A stretch of 64,000 nucleotides of DNA from the human T2T-CHM13v2.0 reference genome, Homo sapiens (GCF_009914755.1 NC_060932.1); one strand, 5' to 3'. Shown: positions 13,823-29,650, counted from the stretch's first letter. Notes: generated by a model not told the origin, from the letters alone. Numbers and translations are program-made.

Positions 13823-14643
13823 TGATAATCATCATCATCCAAAACTTTCACCTATACTCTACCAAGCTCTATTCGTGGATGAAGATAACATCAACCTAAT
13901 GATTTATTTATTTGGTTTTAAAATTTGAAAGTTATTTCAAGAGTTAAAAGATGGTCATTCATGTACTATGCTCATTCATGTACACTACTACTTCACTAAT
14001 TCAGGTACTACATTTTCTAATAAGTTTCTATGTGTCACAGTCAGCTGTGCTAGATGTTTGGGATGAAATGGCAAACGCTAGCTGTCATTCATTTTCCTCA
14101 TGTACAACATAGAGATGAGTTTCTCTCCCTGCTATCTCACAGAGTGGATCTGGAGTTCAAGTAAGATAGTACAACATGTGCAGAAACACGTAATATGTTT
14201 TAATAATGGTAGTAACGTAGTGTTGGGAAAGGAAAATATTAGATTTGAACAATTTTTTCCTTGCTAATATGAAATCATGTTTTGTAACAGAATAAGACAG
14301 AAAGTATATCAGAACAATTGAAGGTGGTAGTGATTATTACAGTAAGAGAGAAGCAGCACTAAAACTGTGAGAGGAGAAACACTGAAATAGGAATTTCTCT
14401 TACAATTTTGTTTGTTGTCAACTCCTTTCCTGCCAGAGCCTATAACATTCTTGAGTGATATCATTTGCCATTGGGTTTTATCTTAGTGTTTCCCAAACTT
14501 CAGACAGTCATGTATCAACTTCACAGTTTTGCCATATCCATTTATAACTCTTATTAATATGTAACAATTTTTTCTTTAAATCTATTATTTGTTAAATACA
14601 GAATATTGTGAATGCATTCTAAAATGCAAGTTTATATCATTCA

Positions 14644-14994
<351 letters not shown>

Positions 14995-15836
14995 GGAAGT
15001 AGATAAAAAACTCATAAAATTAAAACAAACTAACATTATTTAATTTTAGGTATGTGCCATTGCTTAACCAAGGCTCTGAGACTATGGATAAGGGTTTTTT
15101 GTTGTTGTTATTGTTGTTGTTTTTTGTTGTTTGTTTGTTTTGCCAAGAAGCATCATTGGTAAGTGATGTATTACATCACTGAAGAAGTATTACAGAAATG
15201 AGAGCACCAAATTGAGAATTTCTCTGTGGGGCTATCAGAAGGCTAGAAAAATATTTAAAATGTACAAAAGGATTAACTTTCTTACTCTATGATATGATAC
15301 TATTTAATGGTATCTCCTATACTAGCTAAAATATCTTGCAATGATTAATATTATGTAATGCAAAACTCTGGTATAGCTGGTCTGAACTGTGTTACCTTTG
15401 GTTTAACTACACCTCTTTATTTTTCTTATCTCATTTCAACAAAATGATCAATTAACTTACTACATAATTGCGAAGTATTTTATAAGAAGTAATTGCTGTA
15501 TATGCTGAGTTCCCAAACTATTGTTCATTTTACTAAGGATATCAAGATACTAATTTAGAAAGTAGAATATCTGGGACTTAAGAGACTGAAAAATGTATTC
15601 AGAACCAAGCTTAGCACATTTTCACTCTTGATGTTGGGGGAGGACGCAAACCTCTAAATATGCTAGCAATGTCTTACACAAGAACGCAGGGTAAATTCGT
15701 GGGCAGAACAAAATGATCTCTAGGGACTTGCTCTTAAGTTTCCTGACCATAAGATCATACTCCTTTCTCATAGATAAGAAACCTTAAGCCCCAAACCAAT
15801 GAAACATAGCTTAGAGAATGGCCCCATAGGACTTAC

Positions 15837-15967
15837 CTCCTGTTAACATGAGGGCACATTTGCACATACAGTTGTCATTATCAGCATCTTTAGTGCTGAA
15901 ATCAGCACCGTGTAAGATCAGGCTGCTCTGTTTTCCTGCTGTCCCAGTGTGACCTTTTAAATACAAC
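15837..15967 (-). CDS. ANGPT1: Angiopoietin-1 coding exon (canonical exon 8), 131 nt, phase 2->1; includes the Ca2+-binding loop DADND and CMCKC
   Basis: Translation LYLKGHTGTAGKQSSLILHGADFSTKDADNDNCMCKCALMLTG. Acceptor ttttgacttcAG; donor GAG|GTAAGT. Confidence 0.98.
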
Positions 15968-18900
15968 CTGAAGTCAAAAAGAAAAAAAAGAAAGATAAGC
16001 CATTCGACAGAATAACAGAACCCAGAAGACCAGCTTGTTGAATGTTTGCCTTTTTCATCATTTTCTTCTTTCTTTGAACTCAGCCCTTCCAACAAACCTC
16101 TAGGAGACCCAAGCTATCTGAACCAAAAGAACAAAGGAAGGAAAAAGTTTATTTCATTATGCATGCTCAAACTCATGTGGTTCTCTGATACTGCAGGATC
16201 CAGAAAACATAAAAACTTGGGTTTATTGTATTAATACAGGTATTAACCTCTAAACATAAATGCTTTTTACAATGTCAATTCAGCATGTCACTCCCTTAAT
16301 CCATTAATATCTAATAGTGCAGATGTACTAAACATTATTAATAGCAATAAAAGGAGGAAGTTTCATTGATTGGGGATTTCCTCTGTGCCAGGCACTATGT
16401 TAAATGATTTCCAGTGTTTATTTGATTAAATTTTTATATTAAATCTGTGATCCAGACATTAATATCCCCAATTTGTATACTAAGGTTTAGGGAAGCTATG
16501 TAAGCTGGAATTTAGCTTGTATGAGTCTAAAACTCAAGCTTTGAATCATTATGCATTCCCTGGACAAATATTTGCTGAGCACAAACTACATACCAGTTAT
16601 TGATCTAGGCACTTAAGATATATAAGAAAAGAAAACAAAAATCTGTGCTTTTGAGGGACTTGTATTCTAGAGGTATCCCTAAAATTAAATTCAAAATCCC
16701 ATCTGTTTAATATGGCATTCTTCGAAGAACCTCTCTTACTATCTAGAAACATTTCTTATATAAAACTTGCATTAACCTAGATCAGTGGCCCTCTAATGGA
16801 TGTGCATATAACAAATCATCTGATCTTTTGTTTAAAAGGCCTATTTACTAACCCCAGGAATGTTTGTTTTCAACTAGCATCTCAGATTTCTCTTTGCAGA
16901 CTGTCCAAAGAGAACATTTTGACAAGTATTGTCCTAGAATCCGAGAACTAGTGGGCAAATCACAATAGTTGTCAAATGTAGTGACCTGTCTGATGTCTGC
17001 TCATTTCCTACTGATCGTACAAGCTGCTTTCATATCCTTCTGGGCAACGTAGTGCTTAGAACTAATGTAAACTTGCTCACGTCCTTCAGTGGCTCCATAG
17101 GGCTTAGAGTAGCTAAACTGAAGTTGTCGTATCGACAGCTTGAAGCTCAAGGTGTTCTCTGGCTAAGACTCTAGCCCCTCTCTCTCTAACTCTACCTAAC
17201 ACTGCTTCTCCATACCAGCACAATGTTTTCATCAGAATCATGTAGTAATATCCCCTTCAAATTCATATAGGTCACCACCTGTATGCCTGGGTCTTATTTA
17301 TGAATCCTGTCCACCCACAGTATAGTTAATGGGTGATTCACATCTCTGTATGAGTGAGACACTCCTAAAACCTAGGCTGGCTCTGAGCAAAACATTACAT
17401 TATTATGAAATAGAATAATAAAGATCAATTAATATTTGGAGATATATTTTAACTTGTGTTTTCATCTAGGTATATGTATATATCCTACTGTTTGTGGTAT
17501 TTGATATTATTTTTAGCAAAAAACAATATTATTGGATGTTTGTGCAATATTTTACAAATATTCTGCAGAGATTTTGAGCCAGAGCAAAGTATACAAGTAA
17601 ACCTCAGTCAGTTTTTGTTGGTTTCAATAATTAATGGAACTTCTGGTTCACAGTAGTACAAATAATCTTCTAATGTTGAATTATCACATACAAGCTTGTA
17701 TTTTAAAACTCTGAGAGGCAGACTACAAGTAACTGGTGATGCAAAATTGTAGAATTTTTTAAAGTGCCAATTCACATTTGAGGCTGCAGCCAGCCCACGT
17801 GGAGGTGGGTTTCACCAGGAGAAAGTAAGATGACAGATCACCAAAGGGAGTTCTGGGACATGTTACCTGGGTGAATTCGCCACCTTCCAGAGCTGGTGAG
17901 AACTTTCAATTCAATCACTTCTTTGGAGGTCCTCAGCCTCCCAAAGATAGACACACATTGGCAAAACTAACAAGAGACTTTTGTCAGGCCTCCATTTGCA
18001 GTCCAAGTAGGAATATGGTGGGGACCCAGTCTCATGGTCTTCTTAGAGAGAATTTCACACAGAAAGCCAAATTATAATCAGAAAGTTACTTGTTTGGTGA
18101 AGACAGAATCAGAATTGAGAGAATAAGTGAATGATTCCAAAATTAAGTAGCTACGTCTCTCCTAGCGTGAAATCTGCTCTACTGGGCCTGGGAGAGTTTA
18201 GCCCATAGGCGCTCTTGAATGAGCAATGGCAATTTTAACTCTGATTTTTTGTTTCTCTGTGATTTGTAATGGCCTTCCTTTTTACGGTAAGTCAATGCCA
18301 TTTTCTCCGCAGTAGCTTTAAGCTCACAAGACAGACTTTCCAGGATGTAATGATTTTCTATAGTGTCTTTGCAGGGAATTCAGCACAAATGTTTGATTTT
18401 AAATAAGAGACTGCTATGTGCTTGAATACATAGTTTATACTTTTACCCTTTCACATAAGATTTACAATCTAAGTCTCATAATTTATAATTATTTATTTGT
18501 GTAATCAAGGCAATACAAATGCATGATTATAAATTTGAGAAGAAAAGCAAAAAGAAGAAATAAAAATCAACCCAAATCTCATCACTGAGTATAACTACTC
18601 TTTTCATATTAACAATTTTTAGTATTTTACTTGTTTCTCCCCTCTAAATATAAAATATTATTTATTTTTAAATATATACGTATCTGAACACATTCTTATA
18701 AAATTTTTGAACACTATAAGTAAAGCTTCTGCCCACAGCCCCATTTCATCTCCCTCTTTAGAGGTATCCTTCAAAAACAACCTCTCTCCATGTGAAAATA
18801 CAAATAGAAATAGAATTATACTTTACATGTTTCTGTATGAGATTATTTTCAAATACAAATTTGTGACCACTTTTTCATATCATTACATTTTTTTCTCTAA

Positions 18901-19079
18901 AATCATTTGGAAAATATTGTATGAATATATCATCAATAGTCACAAGACTAAGGCTGCCTTCAGGTATCTCTCTATATGTGTGCTGGTATAGGTATAGGTA
19001 TATAGGTATAGGTATTAGGATTACAATATAATCCACATTTCTTTCCTGACCTTTCCCCGTATGAATGTTATCAATGCTA

Positions 19080-19800
19080 TGTTAGGCTATCAGTAAAGAG
19101 ACATCTTTCCAGATCTATTTAAGACTTGGAGGTCAGTTTCTAGTCTTGGCAGTTCTTCTCTGGATTATCAAAGAAGACTTACAACTAGTCTCCCTGCCTT
19201 GAGTTTCACTTCTTCTTCCCCTTCCCCATGAAGTCCATGCAGCTCATTCAAAAACATGCATCTCATCATTCCTCTATTCTGGTTAAAGTTGCTCGGTTGT
19301 TCCTCCAAAATTCAAAGATAAAGTCCAAATTTTTTACTGTGATTTGCAAGGCCTTTGAAGTCTAGTCCTTTACTGTCTACTTTTTCCCATGTCTCACCCA
19401 CCCTAACCCTCCCATATCTTGTTATTTTCTGCACGTACACATAGTGCTCCAGCCTTACCCACTCACTTATTCCCTCTAAGCAACACTCTTATTTCTCCAT
19501 ACATTTGCAAGTACCATCCCCTCTTCCTAGAAGGTACTCTCCAGGTTTGAACAGCTGCTGAACTCCTATCCATCCTTTAAGATTTGTTCCAAGTATAACC
19601 TCAAAGAGCATCAAATCAGCATCTTCATGATGACACTTACTTGCTGTATTTTAATTGTCTTTTCACTTTTCTGTTTCCCATAATAAACTGTGAGCTCCTT
19701 GAGGCATAGACTATGTCTTACTCATCTTTGAATCATCAGAATCTTGAAATCTTGAACAGTCTCTGAGATAGAGAAAGGCCTCAATGTTCATTGACTAGAT
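19080..19800 (+). mobile_element. L2 3' fragment
   Basis: taaagtccaaattt...aaggcctt...taaactgtgagctccttgaggcatagactatgtcttactcatctttg, typical L2 3' end. Confidence 0.6.
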
Positions 19801-20016
19801 GGATGATGGGTTTACTAACTTATTAATTTTTGGTAAGCTCAAGGTAGCAAGCAAAAGCAAACTCAAATATAAATAACTCTAATATCAAAATATACTTGGT
19901 CTACATTTCAGAAGTATAGCTTTTACATCTCATTTAGTTAGGTACTCAACATACCTACCTGGGTACCCACTTCATTGCCCATCCAACTCAAATAATTAAA
20001 AAATACACATGTAGGG

Positions 20017-20018
<2 letters not shown>

Positions 20019-20052
<34 letters not shown>
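20019..20052 (+). repeat. (GT)17 microsatellite
   Basis: Read directly from the sequence. Confidence 0.97.
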
Positions 20053-20054
<2 letters not shown>

Positions 20055-23000
20055 ATAGATACAGTCTCTCACATCCTTCTTATCTTTCCAGTTTTGTTTT
20101 TGTTCTTATTTTCTCAGAGACTCCAGAATATAAAAACATGAGCAAGGCATTATGCAGATAGAATAAAGGAAAAAAAGGCCATGTCTTAATTCCTATTATT
20201 CCTTACATTTTATTGAACAATTTATTTGTATTGTATGAATAGCCAACTGAAAACAATTTGAAAGCAAATTCAAAATAAAAATATGCTTAAGGTTAGTGTT
20301 TCAGCTAAAATTATTTTTTAAAAAAGAAATATTCTAATAAGGTGTGAACATAATTCCTTAAGGTCCTGCCCAGATTAAGCATTAAAACATAAAGCAGAAG
20401 TAGAGAGAAGTCTCAAGATGTGCAATGTAAACAGTGACATATATTGGTTGAAATGATGTACAAGTAGAAGGGACTGATATATTGAGGAATAATGAATGTT
20501 TCACTGTTGGATACTTAGTAGCACTTGTAATTTACATGAAGTAGTATTCATCCCCCCATGTTTATATCCTTAGCATGTCACAGAGGAGCGGCTTATGCTC
20601 TTCTAAGGAAGAGACACACAGTCTCTTGCACTGGGAGATAAAGATGAAATGTCATAAAAATCATTTCTTCTAAACAATATTTTAAAAACTTTGCACATGA
20701 GGACAACTGTACTTCTGTGGAATCCCAGAAGGACTCTGGGAGAAACTATGCAGTCCAGAGAAGGTCTCCTGCACAGTTCAGGGGCTCATTCTTTCTTAGC
20801 AGCTCTTTACCTAGCTCAGAGTCCCAATTTTTGGCCCAAAGCCAACGACCACAGCTAGTTATTTGATACAGGTAAATTAAGGACCAGTCACTCATTAGTG
20901 CCAAGTATTTCTGTAATTAGATTTAAAAAAAAAAAACTTCTTTGAGTTGAGGCTCAAACAGAACATTTGGATGATTCTTTTTAACACTGGTTCTGGCTAA
21001 TATCTAGTCCTTATGTGTAATTAACTATCATCTGTGGCTTTCTCTATGAAGCTAATAATTGTTCCAAATAGACTTTCAGTTTATCAAAGAAAAATCAATA
21101 TACAGGATGGCTTTGCACCTGACTACCGTGACAGTGAATTGGAAGTGTGAAACATTAGTTAGAATACATCTCCCAAAATAACAGCATGGGAATCCTGGTT
21201 ATTTATTTCTTGTGTTCAGCCAGTGTAGACATGGCCTGTATGAAAGACGATATGTTAGAAGATAAAAACAAAATGTTCCTCCAGAAAAAAACATTAGGGA
21301 CAGACATAAGGAAGCTGTGAAAAACAAAACAAAACAAAAAACTCCAGAGAATCTAATTTGATGTGACCAAAAAGCAGCCACGACATAGAATTATGGCATT
21401 TATTCTCATCCATGTATTTTCTCCTAATAAAGAAAAAAAAATGAGTCCCTTCGACGGATGACTATAAAGAATGTCAGCATTTTTATTTTTTCAATTAGCA
21501 TATCATGGGAAAACTGATGTCCATTGAAATTAGTCATTATTCTCTAGTCATCTTTGATAAAAGTTACTCCTTTTCAATCACTTTTAGAAATTTCAGTAAT
21601 TATAAAGACTAAATCATCACATTTCTTAATGAATATAGGACAACAGTGAGTTCTATTATGGAAGAACAGGCTTCAAAATATTCCTATATATCATCCAAGA
21701 GATTCTAGAACTTTCTTTTCTTTAAAATGGGCAGCCCAATCTCATGAACCCAGTTTCTTACTAATTTTCTCTACTTAAGAGACTCACTCTCTTCACATTT
21801 TTGCATCTTCACCATACTCAGGTGGCCAAGTGTCTCTTTCATGATCCAAGGCAGTGGGAGTTGTTTGTATGACAAATTGAAGTTTGGCCTCAACCCTTTT
21901 AAACAGTAGACAGACTCGCAGATATCTGAACTTTAAGGTCGTAGGTACTGACAAGCTGAGCAGATTTTTATTTTGGCTCTGAGTTCTCTCCCTGCCACCA
22001 TATGGAACTAGTTTATCTTTCTCACAATTACTAAGAAATTCAAAATGACCTTCATGGTTCTCTTTCAGAGGCTGGTAGCAATGGCTCAATCTGACAAGAG
22101 TTTCCTGATGTGGCTATGATTTCTAGTTGCTGCTTCTGGGCTGTCTCTGCCATATTCAACCTCTCCAATCCTACCCCCTTTCCACTGAAAGAACTGGGCA
22201 CCATTAGCCAAGAGGGATGTCAGAGCATGTATGTTAGCACTGACTTTTTCACATCCTGTAGATATATTCTATAACTCTATTGTCCATACATGAACAGAAT
22301 TCTTTACTTATTTGCAATAGCCTATCAATGAATATGTGAGAAAATGCTAGAAAAATATATGAAGCAAAGTTAATACACTTACGAAAAAGTGAGTGAATAT
22401 ATTAAAGACATTCAGTTATATGACAATAATCTATAATCCAGAAAAGAAATGTTTGAAAGAAGTTTCCAAAGAAAAGAGGATGTGAGTAGGAAGACTAAAA
22501 GAATTGATAATGTAAAGTGTGACTAATCAAGAATTAAGGCTGTGATAAAGACTTATAGATATCTAAAAACATTTTAAAAATATACAGATCAAGCAGATAC
22601 AGGTAATTTGGTACAAAATAAGTACGAATGAAAGAAATAACCCTCTATAAAGCCATTAACCAAAACTCTTCCTTTTTTCCTCCTCCTCCACACACACGAA
22701 ATGGAGAAATAAATAAGCCATTGGCTTCTGCAAATTAAGGCTGTGTCATGACCACTTGTGTCTGGAAAGACAGCATGACATCACAGAGTTTGTAGTGTAC
22801 CTGTTTGGGTTTGCAATCTAGCTCTTATTCTTTCTGATCCTCAGTTGCCTCATCTGTAAAATACCTCTATGTCCTGCCAATATTTTGTGAAGATTAAATG
22901 AGGTGATACCCGGAAAGCCCTTAAAAAGACTGCTGCATGCAAAATAAAGTAAGTACTTGACTATTTGCAAAAAAATTAAAGTAATCAAACTTCCTTAAGC

Positions 23001-26000
23001 AATAACCATAAAATATACAGTAGTTCAATAGGCATGAATTACGGGAATGACTAAGTCTAAATTACACAGGTATAAACATATGACCTTGATAGACATATGT
23101 AAGTGTTCTGAGAGTGATAAAAACAATGACATAGAGATACAGCTCATGAGGACAGGCATGGAGGCAACAAGCCAGAGAAATTAAAGATGAAAAGGATCAA
23201 TTTTCTCAAACCCATGAGGCCCCATATCCTTTGGAAGTTTTTCTTATTTTCTATAGAGGAAGCAGAGTACTAAACATGAAGGACAAGAAACCAAAGAGTT
23301 GCTTTGCTGACTGACTATGTAGTTAAGATCTATGTTAATTTGACTCTAGATGGTCTGAATAAATATCCTTCAATTAAAATGTTTATCTTTTAATAAATTA
23401 AAATTTCAGACTTTTGAGAACCCTACAATTTTCTTGCCATCATATAATATTTTGTTGAATGAATCCAATATATATTTGTTTGGTTTTCCTTTCTTTACTC
23501 ATAATTGATACTGGTAAAAAAAAAAAAAAAAAAATTCCTGGAAAAATCATCCATGCCAACCTAGCCTTTAATTCTCATGACTACTTGCTGAAAGCTTTCT
23601 TTTTCTCATTAAACCTTCCACAATTGGTGTCATTTGTTTTAACAGGGAACTGGATAATTGGGAATCACCAGAATTTGTGCATAATAATTTTACCATTATG
23701 TTAAGAAGGAAGACATTATCTTATTTGTTTCAGAAGCTACAGATGTCCTGAGGTAGATATGCTATTCATTTTGGAATATGTGTAATGGAAGATGTACACA
23801 AAAGTGTGAAAAAATATGAAAAATGTTTGAGATAGTAATGGTCCTGGGAATCTGTGCTATGATTAAGGAAGATAAATTTCCAAAGCTACAGAAAACCTCA
23901 CCCCAAATGATGAAAAATCTTTAGAAAATTGAGTTTCACTTAATCTCTGATTCTCATATGATTGTTTTAGATATTAGCTTGTATAACACCTGTATAAATT
24001 GTACTCTGGATTTCCATGTAAGTTTTTGATAATATACATTTTTAATGTCTCCCCTTCACTTACAAACATTAATATCTTGTAGAATTTAGATAAAATGAGC
24101 TTATCAACCTTCCAGGTCTTCCCAAGCTCTTGACATTAGGAACAGTGTTAGCAGTAATTTTTGTTTCAAAACTCTGGTAAAATACAGTTCTTAGTGTTTT
24201 GCAGTGATAGACATGAAGCTTGCATATGCTCAAAACTCATGATAAATTTTTCCTCCAAAGAAAATAGCAAACCCACGTACTGTTATTGTTGCGTGCCTTT
24301 CAATAGTGCTGACAGAGTGCTCTCTATTCTGTACATCATATACATATATAATATATATTATATATGTATGTATATATATGAGATCTGTGACAATGAAATA
24401 TTTCCCAAATTTCAGAAATACATGCTCAGTGATTATGTTTTTAGTTCAAAATAAGATAAATAGTTATTCCAGTATTCCTTCCCTTTTTTAAGAATACATA
24501 AAAAAAAAAAAACTGAGTGCCAAAATGAATCACGTGACACCAAGACCCCTGTTTAAAACACAAACAGTCCCTTAAACATATTTGGATTTCCTTGGCATCA
24601 TGTGTGACTGATAGAGTCAGCTTCCAGTGAGTGACTCTCTGGTCTGACCCTCTTGTGGTGCCTAAAAGACCAGGCCAATGGCCATCTCAGAGAGTTTATG
24701 GGTTTTGCTTTGTTACCAAAAATTAAGTCAGGACCTTGTAAAACTTGTGATTGAAATTGGTGATTTTTCAGTCTAAACAAATTCTCGGGAGGTAGATTTG
24801 TTCTCATTTTTTATTTGTGTTTAAAGAGCAATAAGAAACTTTCTTTCCAGCATTCCCTTGGGGTAGATAGAGAGAGGAGAGGGTAAGCAAAATGTTGAAA
24901 ACCATTGAGATGCATTGTCTGAGGTTTCTTGCAAAGAGAAAATACTTTCCCTTGTTGTACTTGGACATTGTATTGCTATAAGGTCTGCAAATAAGCCTCC
25001 AGCATGCATTAGCAGATTCTTCTGATGACCAAAGTCATCAGTGTGCTTATTTGTCTCCACAATCAGTATAAGCTAGAGTCGAAAATCTTTGTCATGGATT
25101 CTAGCCCTCTGTTATATGTAGCACAGTAAAGCCCTGCATACAAGATGTCCTCTAAATACTTGCTGTCCTCTAAATAAGGCAGACTGTCTCTCATCTCTGC
25201 ATGTGTGTCCACATTGCTCCTCTGGCTGGGATCTCAAGTCCTTCCTCCTGCCATTAACTACCATACTTGCCTCATGAGCGCTTACTCATTTCACACATCT
25301 CTAAGGATTTCCTCTATGAAGCCTTTCCCAGTCCCATTTAATCTCCTCCAATGAACCCTATCCATTCCCAACTCCAGTAGAATTGACCACTATTTTTTTT
25401 TAAGTAACCAATGATAGCCTAATTCCAAGGGTTCTTTCCCAGGGACTGTGAGTGTAAAGGTGAATTACACATAAATTTATACAAAATTTTGTGTTTCTTC
25501 ATCATTCTAGGGAAAAAGTCCTTGGCTTCATCATTAAAAAAAAAAAAAAAGATCTATGGTTCCTTGATCAAAAAACAAAACAAAAGAAAAATCAAACAGA
25601 CATGCTAAATCACTTCAGCTAAAACTTTTGAGTCAACTATTCCATGTTTTGTTTCCTTCTCCTAAACTATTAGCCCCACAAGAGAAGGTATGGTGTGTCT
25701 GTTTGGTGTAACCAAAGTGTTATTTCTGCATCAGCATCACTTTGGTGCACTTGATAGGACTGAGAGCTCTAGGTCTTAACCCAGGATAAGAATCTCTTTA
25801 GGTGCGACTCAGAAATCTGTACTTTAAACAGGCACCCTAGTTACCTATATGCACATTCAAGAAATAAAACAACTGGCATAGTGCCAGGAAAATAATAGTA
25901 ACACGGTAAGTGTATGGTGGTTGGCTGGCTGGATAAAGCAATGAAGGCAGACTCTGATTTCAAAAGAACTATAATAACTTTTAAGAGAGTAATTTTAGTA

Positions 26001-29000
26001 AAGTTATGTAGGTAAAAGCAAAACTGTAGCCAGTTAAGAGAAATGAACAATGTATGCTGTGGGACAATTTTATTAATTTTTTTATTTACTTGCCAACAAG
26101 CAATATAGAAATTCTTGCATATCATTTGCAGTTAAAGATAAAAGAGATAAAGATAAAAGAAGGTAGAGTTTAATAGTTCTAGAAAATAAATCTTATTTAA
26201 GCAACAACAATCCAGGGAACTTAAGGACATGATACTTTATTAGAAATCTTAGTGGCAACTGTCATTTTATACCATAAACCTTTGGAGGCAGGATTTTTGA
26301 CTTGTTGCTCTTTGAATTTCTGGTATCTAGATCAAGAATTGCCATGTATTAGTCAGCTGTGTGGATTCGCACAAAAAAATCACCTGTGTTGAATGCACAA
26401 AAAAACCTTGTCAATATGTCTTTTATATACCTATTAAGAAATGCTTTTTTTTCGAGACATGTGCCAAGCATTGTGAAGAGGTTCCTGTCCTCCTAGAGAT
26501 TACAGTCTAATAATAGGGAACAGCAATTACAACCCAGTGTGATGTGTACTCTGATAAAGACATGCCCAGAGCACAGTGGGAGGACATGGAAGGGGCTCCT
26601 AACCCAATCAAGGACGAAGAGCTCTATGGACTGAGCTAAGACTTAAAGGATCAAGAAAATCCAATTAGGCAAAGTGAATAAAATCTTGAAAAATAGAGGT
26701 TGAGTTCTGTGGGGTTTTGTTTCATCCACAGTAGCTTGCATATTGTTGTTGCTCATATTTACCAAACAGAGTAATCAAAATATTGAGTGTGAAAAAATTG
26801 ATGTGAGAAAAGGCCGTATCAGAGCAATATTGCCCCCAGAGGCCATGGCTGCTTACCTGTCCCAAGTCTGCCACAAGCAGCGGTTCTCCTTTCTCTTAGC
26901 ATCATGATTGCTCATTATTACCCCCTTACGCTCTAAGCTTAAGCAACAGTTAACCACTTGTAGTTTCCTAGCAAGACGTGCTGAGTCTCACTTCTGAGCT
27001 AATCCCTCTTCTACCCCCATCTCTGAACTATTCCCCAACTAATACCAATTTGCCACATTTATGTCACTTTAGGCCACTATTTGGAAGCTTTCTCAACCTT
27101 CCAAAACTGGTTAGCCCTCTTTAGTCACAGCATATTTGTGATTGTAAGTGAACTGACTGTGTTCGTGGCATTGTAATTGCCTGTTTGGCTGTCTGCAACC
27201 ATCCGACCCCACTCCATATCCATCACATATGGGTATGCACCTGCATGAACACACGTATACATGACTGTACTGAAATCTCTGTGGACATTTTATCCTAGGA
27301 TAGCACATGATGGATGCATAACAAATATTTCATGGAGCCATCATCTTTTTGATAGTGAACAGCAGTAGGGGAACCTAGAGCAGTGGATCACAGGACATCA
27401 CCTTAGATAATTTGTTGGAGGCAGTGCTTGCTAGCTGGTTCTGGCAACTTTTGCCAACCTGTAAGTTTCTAGGACAGCAGTGGTCTGAGTCTTAGCATTA
27501 CCCATTCTGTGACAGGAATCCTCTGGGAATCCTTAGACCTAACAGCATGCAGGCATTTGTTTTCATCAGCTTGAAAAATATCCAAGACTCTAGAGACTGA
27601 CATTCAACTGCATTTTTAAGTGAAGAGATTTTCCCAACACTTAAAAGACCTAAAGAAGGTGCAAAGTGACTGTAAGAATGTGCTCATCCGTGCCTCTGAA
27701 GACCTAGGAAGCCTTTTTTGTCTTCAGTATTTCATCTCAGTCAAGGGGATTAAAATATAAATTTTGATGATTAAAACAACTTCTCTGTTTTAGGAAGTAA
27801 CCACAACAAAAATCACAGTCTAAATAAAAGTAATGCACCTTCCAAGTTGGAGAAATTATTTGAAAACACAAATAAGACTCTTTAAAACCTTGAGTTTGAA
27901 AACCTATGTTAGGAATTGAGGGAAGTAGAAACTGCCAGGAGATTTCCTACATATTTTTTCGTACCTTGATCAGTCCAGAACTGCTGTAAAAAAATAACTT
28001 TCCTCTTAGTATTTCAACATATTTGCTACTGGTTCCATCCAGGACTATGTAGCCCAGAGGATCAGAGAAATAAGAAACATTTCACTGAAAGAAAAAAAAA
28101 ATGAAACAAGTTTTGCAATATCTACAAAAATGCAGGGCTTAAATTTACATGGGAGGCTCGAGAGAATTCTTTTCAATCCACATGAATTTGTTTTGTCCTT
28201 GAAATACATACACGGCATGGGAGTACTTTAATGATTTAAAAAAAAAAATGGATTGGGGAACTGGAAAGAACTTCAGCCTTACCTCCTCATTTTACTTCTG
28301 AGGATCTGAGACTTAGAAAAGTGAAGCAAATTGTCCAAGGTCATTCAGAAAAGTAACTGCAAATCCAAGTCTAGAGTTCATGTCTCTGGATTCCCGATAC
28401 AGTGTTTTACAAATTACATCAAACTACTTCCCAATGAAGATCTTGGCCAAAAACAAACTTGCGCAAAAAGATATTTAATGACCAAATTATTTTCAGGTTG
28501 TTTTCTTCACAATTTTGGTTTAAAATTCTGTTCATCTCTTCATGTGGAATCTTTTCCAGAACAAGGCTTATGATAGACATCAACAGTCAGTTCTAATCTA
28601 ATGATGTCATTTATCCTCAATAAATAATATAAAGTCAATAAAATATAAATATCCACAAAATGTGCATTATAAATTATGTAGTAAGATTATAATGACAAGA
28701 TGTGCATTAAAAAATGTTAAACATTATCATTCGGACTTAACTAATACTAATTTTCTATTGCTTAAAAGAGAGGCTCATGATACCATCTGTGACAGAGGAT
28801 TTACTAATTAAGTTAATAGCATAAAAGACAACAAAATAATGAACTGTAAGGAACAAACTGTTCCCAAGATCTGAAAAAAATTACCTGCAAAATGACTTTA
28901 TAATGGAATATGTTCACTAAAATTGTGTCCTTTTAATATTAAGGCAGAAAAATTTTTATATAGTTTTCTTTTAACATTTAAAAATAGTACAGTGAAATTT

Positions 29001-29239
29001 ATTTCCAACTGGTAAATTCTACTTTTTTATTTATAATAATATAACACAATGGTTTTTAAACTGTGCTGTACTAATGTTTGAGATAATAGCAAGAGGAAAT
29101 ATTATACTACCTTCCCACAACCATTTCAAAATAGATCAGCTTTACGTGTTTCATACATTATGATCCTTTGTAAGAATTTTGGAGAGAATAGGTATTCCAT
29201 TAAAAAACCAAAAACAAAACCTTAACAAGTGATTAAGCT

Positions 29240-29650
29240 TAGCCCAATCAATAATGGAACAAATTAATCTTTTGTGCCTTTGGATGTGATAGAATGGGAA
29301 ATAGACAATATCATTTATTTAGTATTCTTCTCAAGAAAGCTTTAATCTGAATCTAATCAGAAAGAAATAGTCAGATAAGCCCAGAAAGAGCTGTTCTGGG
29401 AAAAGCTGACCCAAAGTCTTGAAAAATGTAATTGATAGATGAGTGGTAGACTGTTTCAGGTAAAAGGCGACTCAAGAGACATGACTGCAAATGCAATGAG
29501 TGAAGCTGGATGGGATCCTGAATCCAAGTAAATAAACAACTATCAACCAGCCAAGGACATTGTTGGAGACAATAGTGGTGATTTCGATATAGAATATATA
29601 ATTAAAAATTGTTTATTGACTCAATAATATATTTCTTGGGCATGATAAAA
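29240..29650 (+). mobile_element. Old L1 (L1MC/ME-like) 3' end fragment
   Basis: aatctgaatctaatc...gactcaagagacatgactgcaaatgcaatgagtgaagctggatgggatcctg resembles an old L1M 3'UTR. Confidence 0.55.

Noticed and set aside
15811-16095. ORF-track 94-aa protein, and similarly 45450-45662 and 54763-55044
   Set aside because: These are real ANGPT1 exons plus intronic read-through on either side. Splice sites define the true limits.
17760-17900. Possible intronic enhancer (CACGTG E-box in a locally GC-richer patch) and scattered AP-1 TGAGTCA motifs elsewhere
   Set aside because: Short motifs are expected by chance in 64 kb and cannot be supported without conservation or chromatin data.
18985-19014. 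(TATAGG)n as a possible telomere-like repeat
   Set aside because: Short, not TTAGGG; an ordinary degenerate microsatellite.
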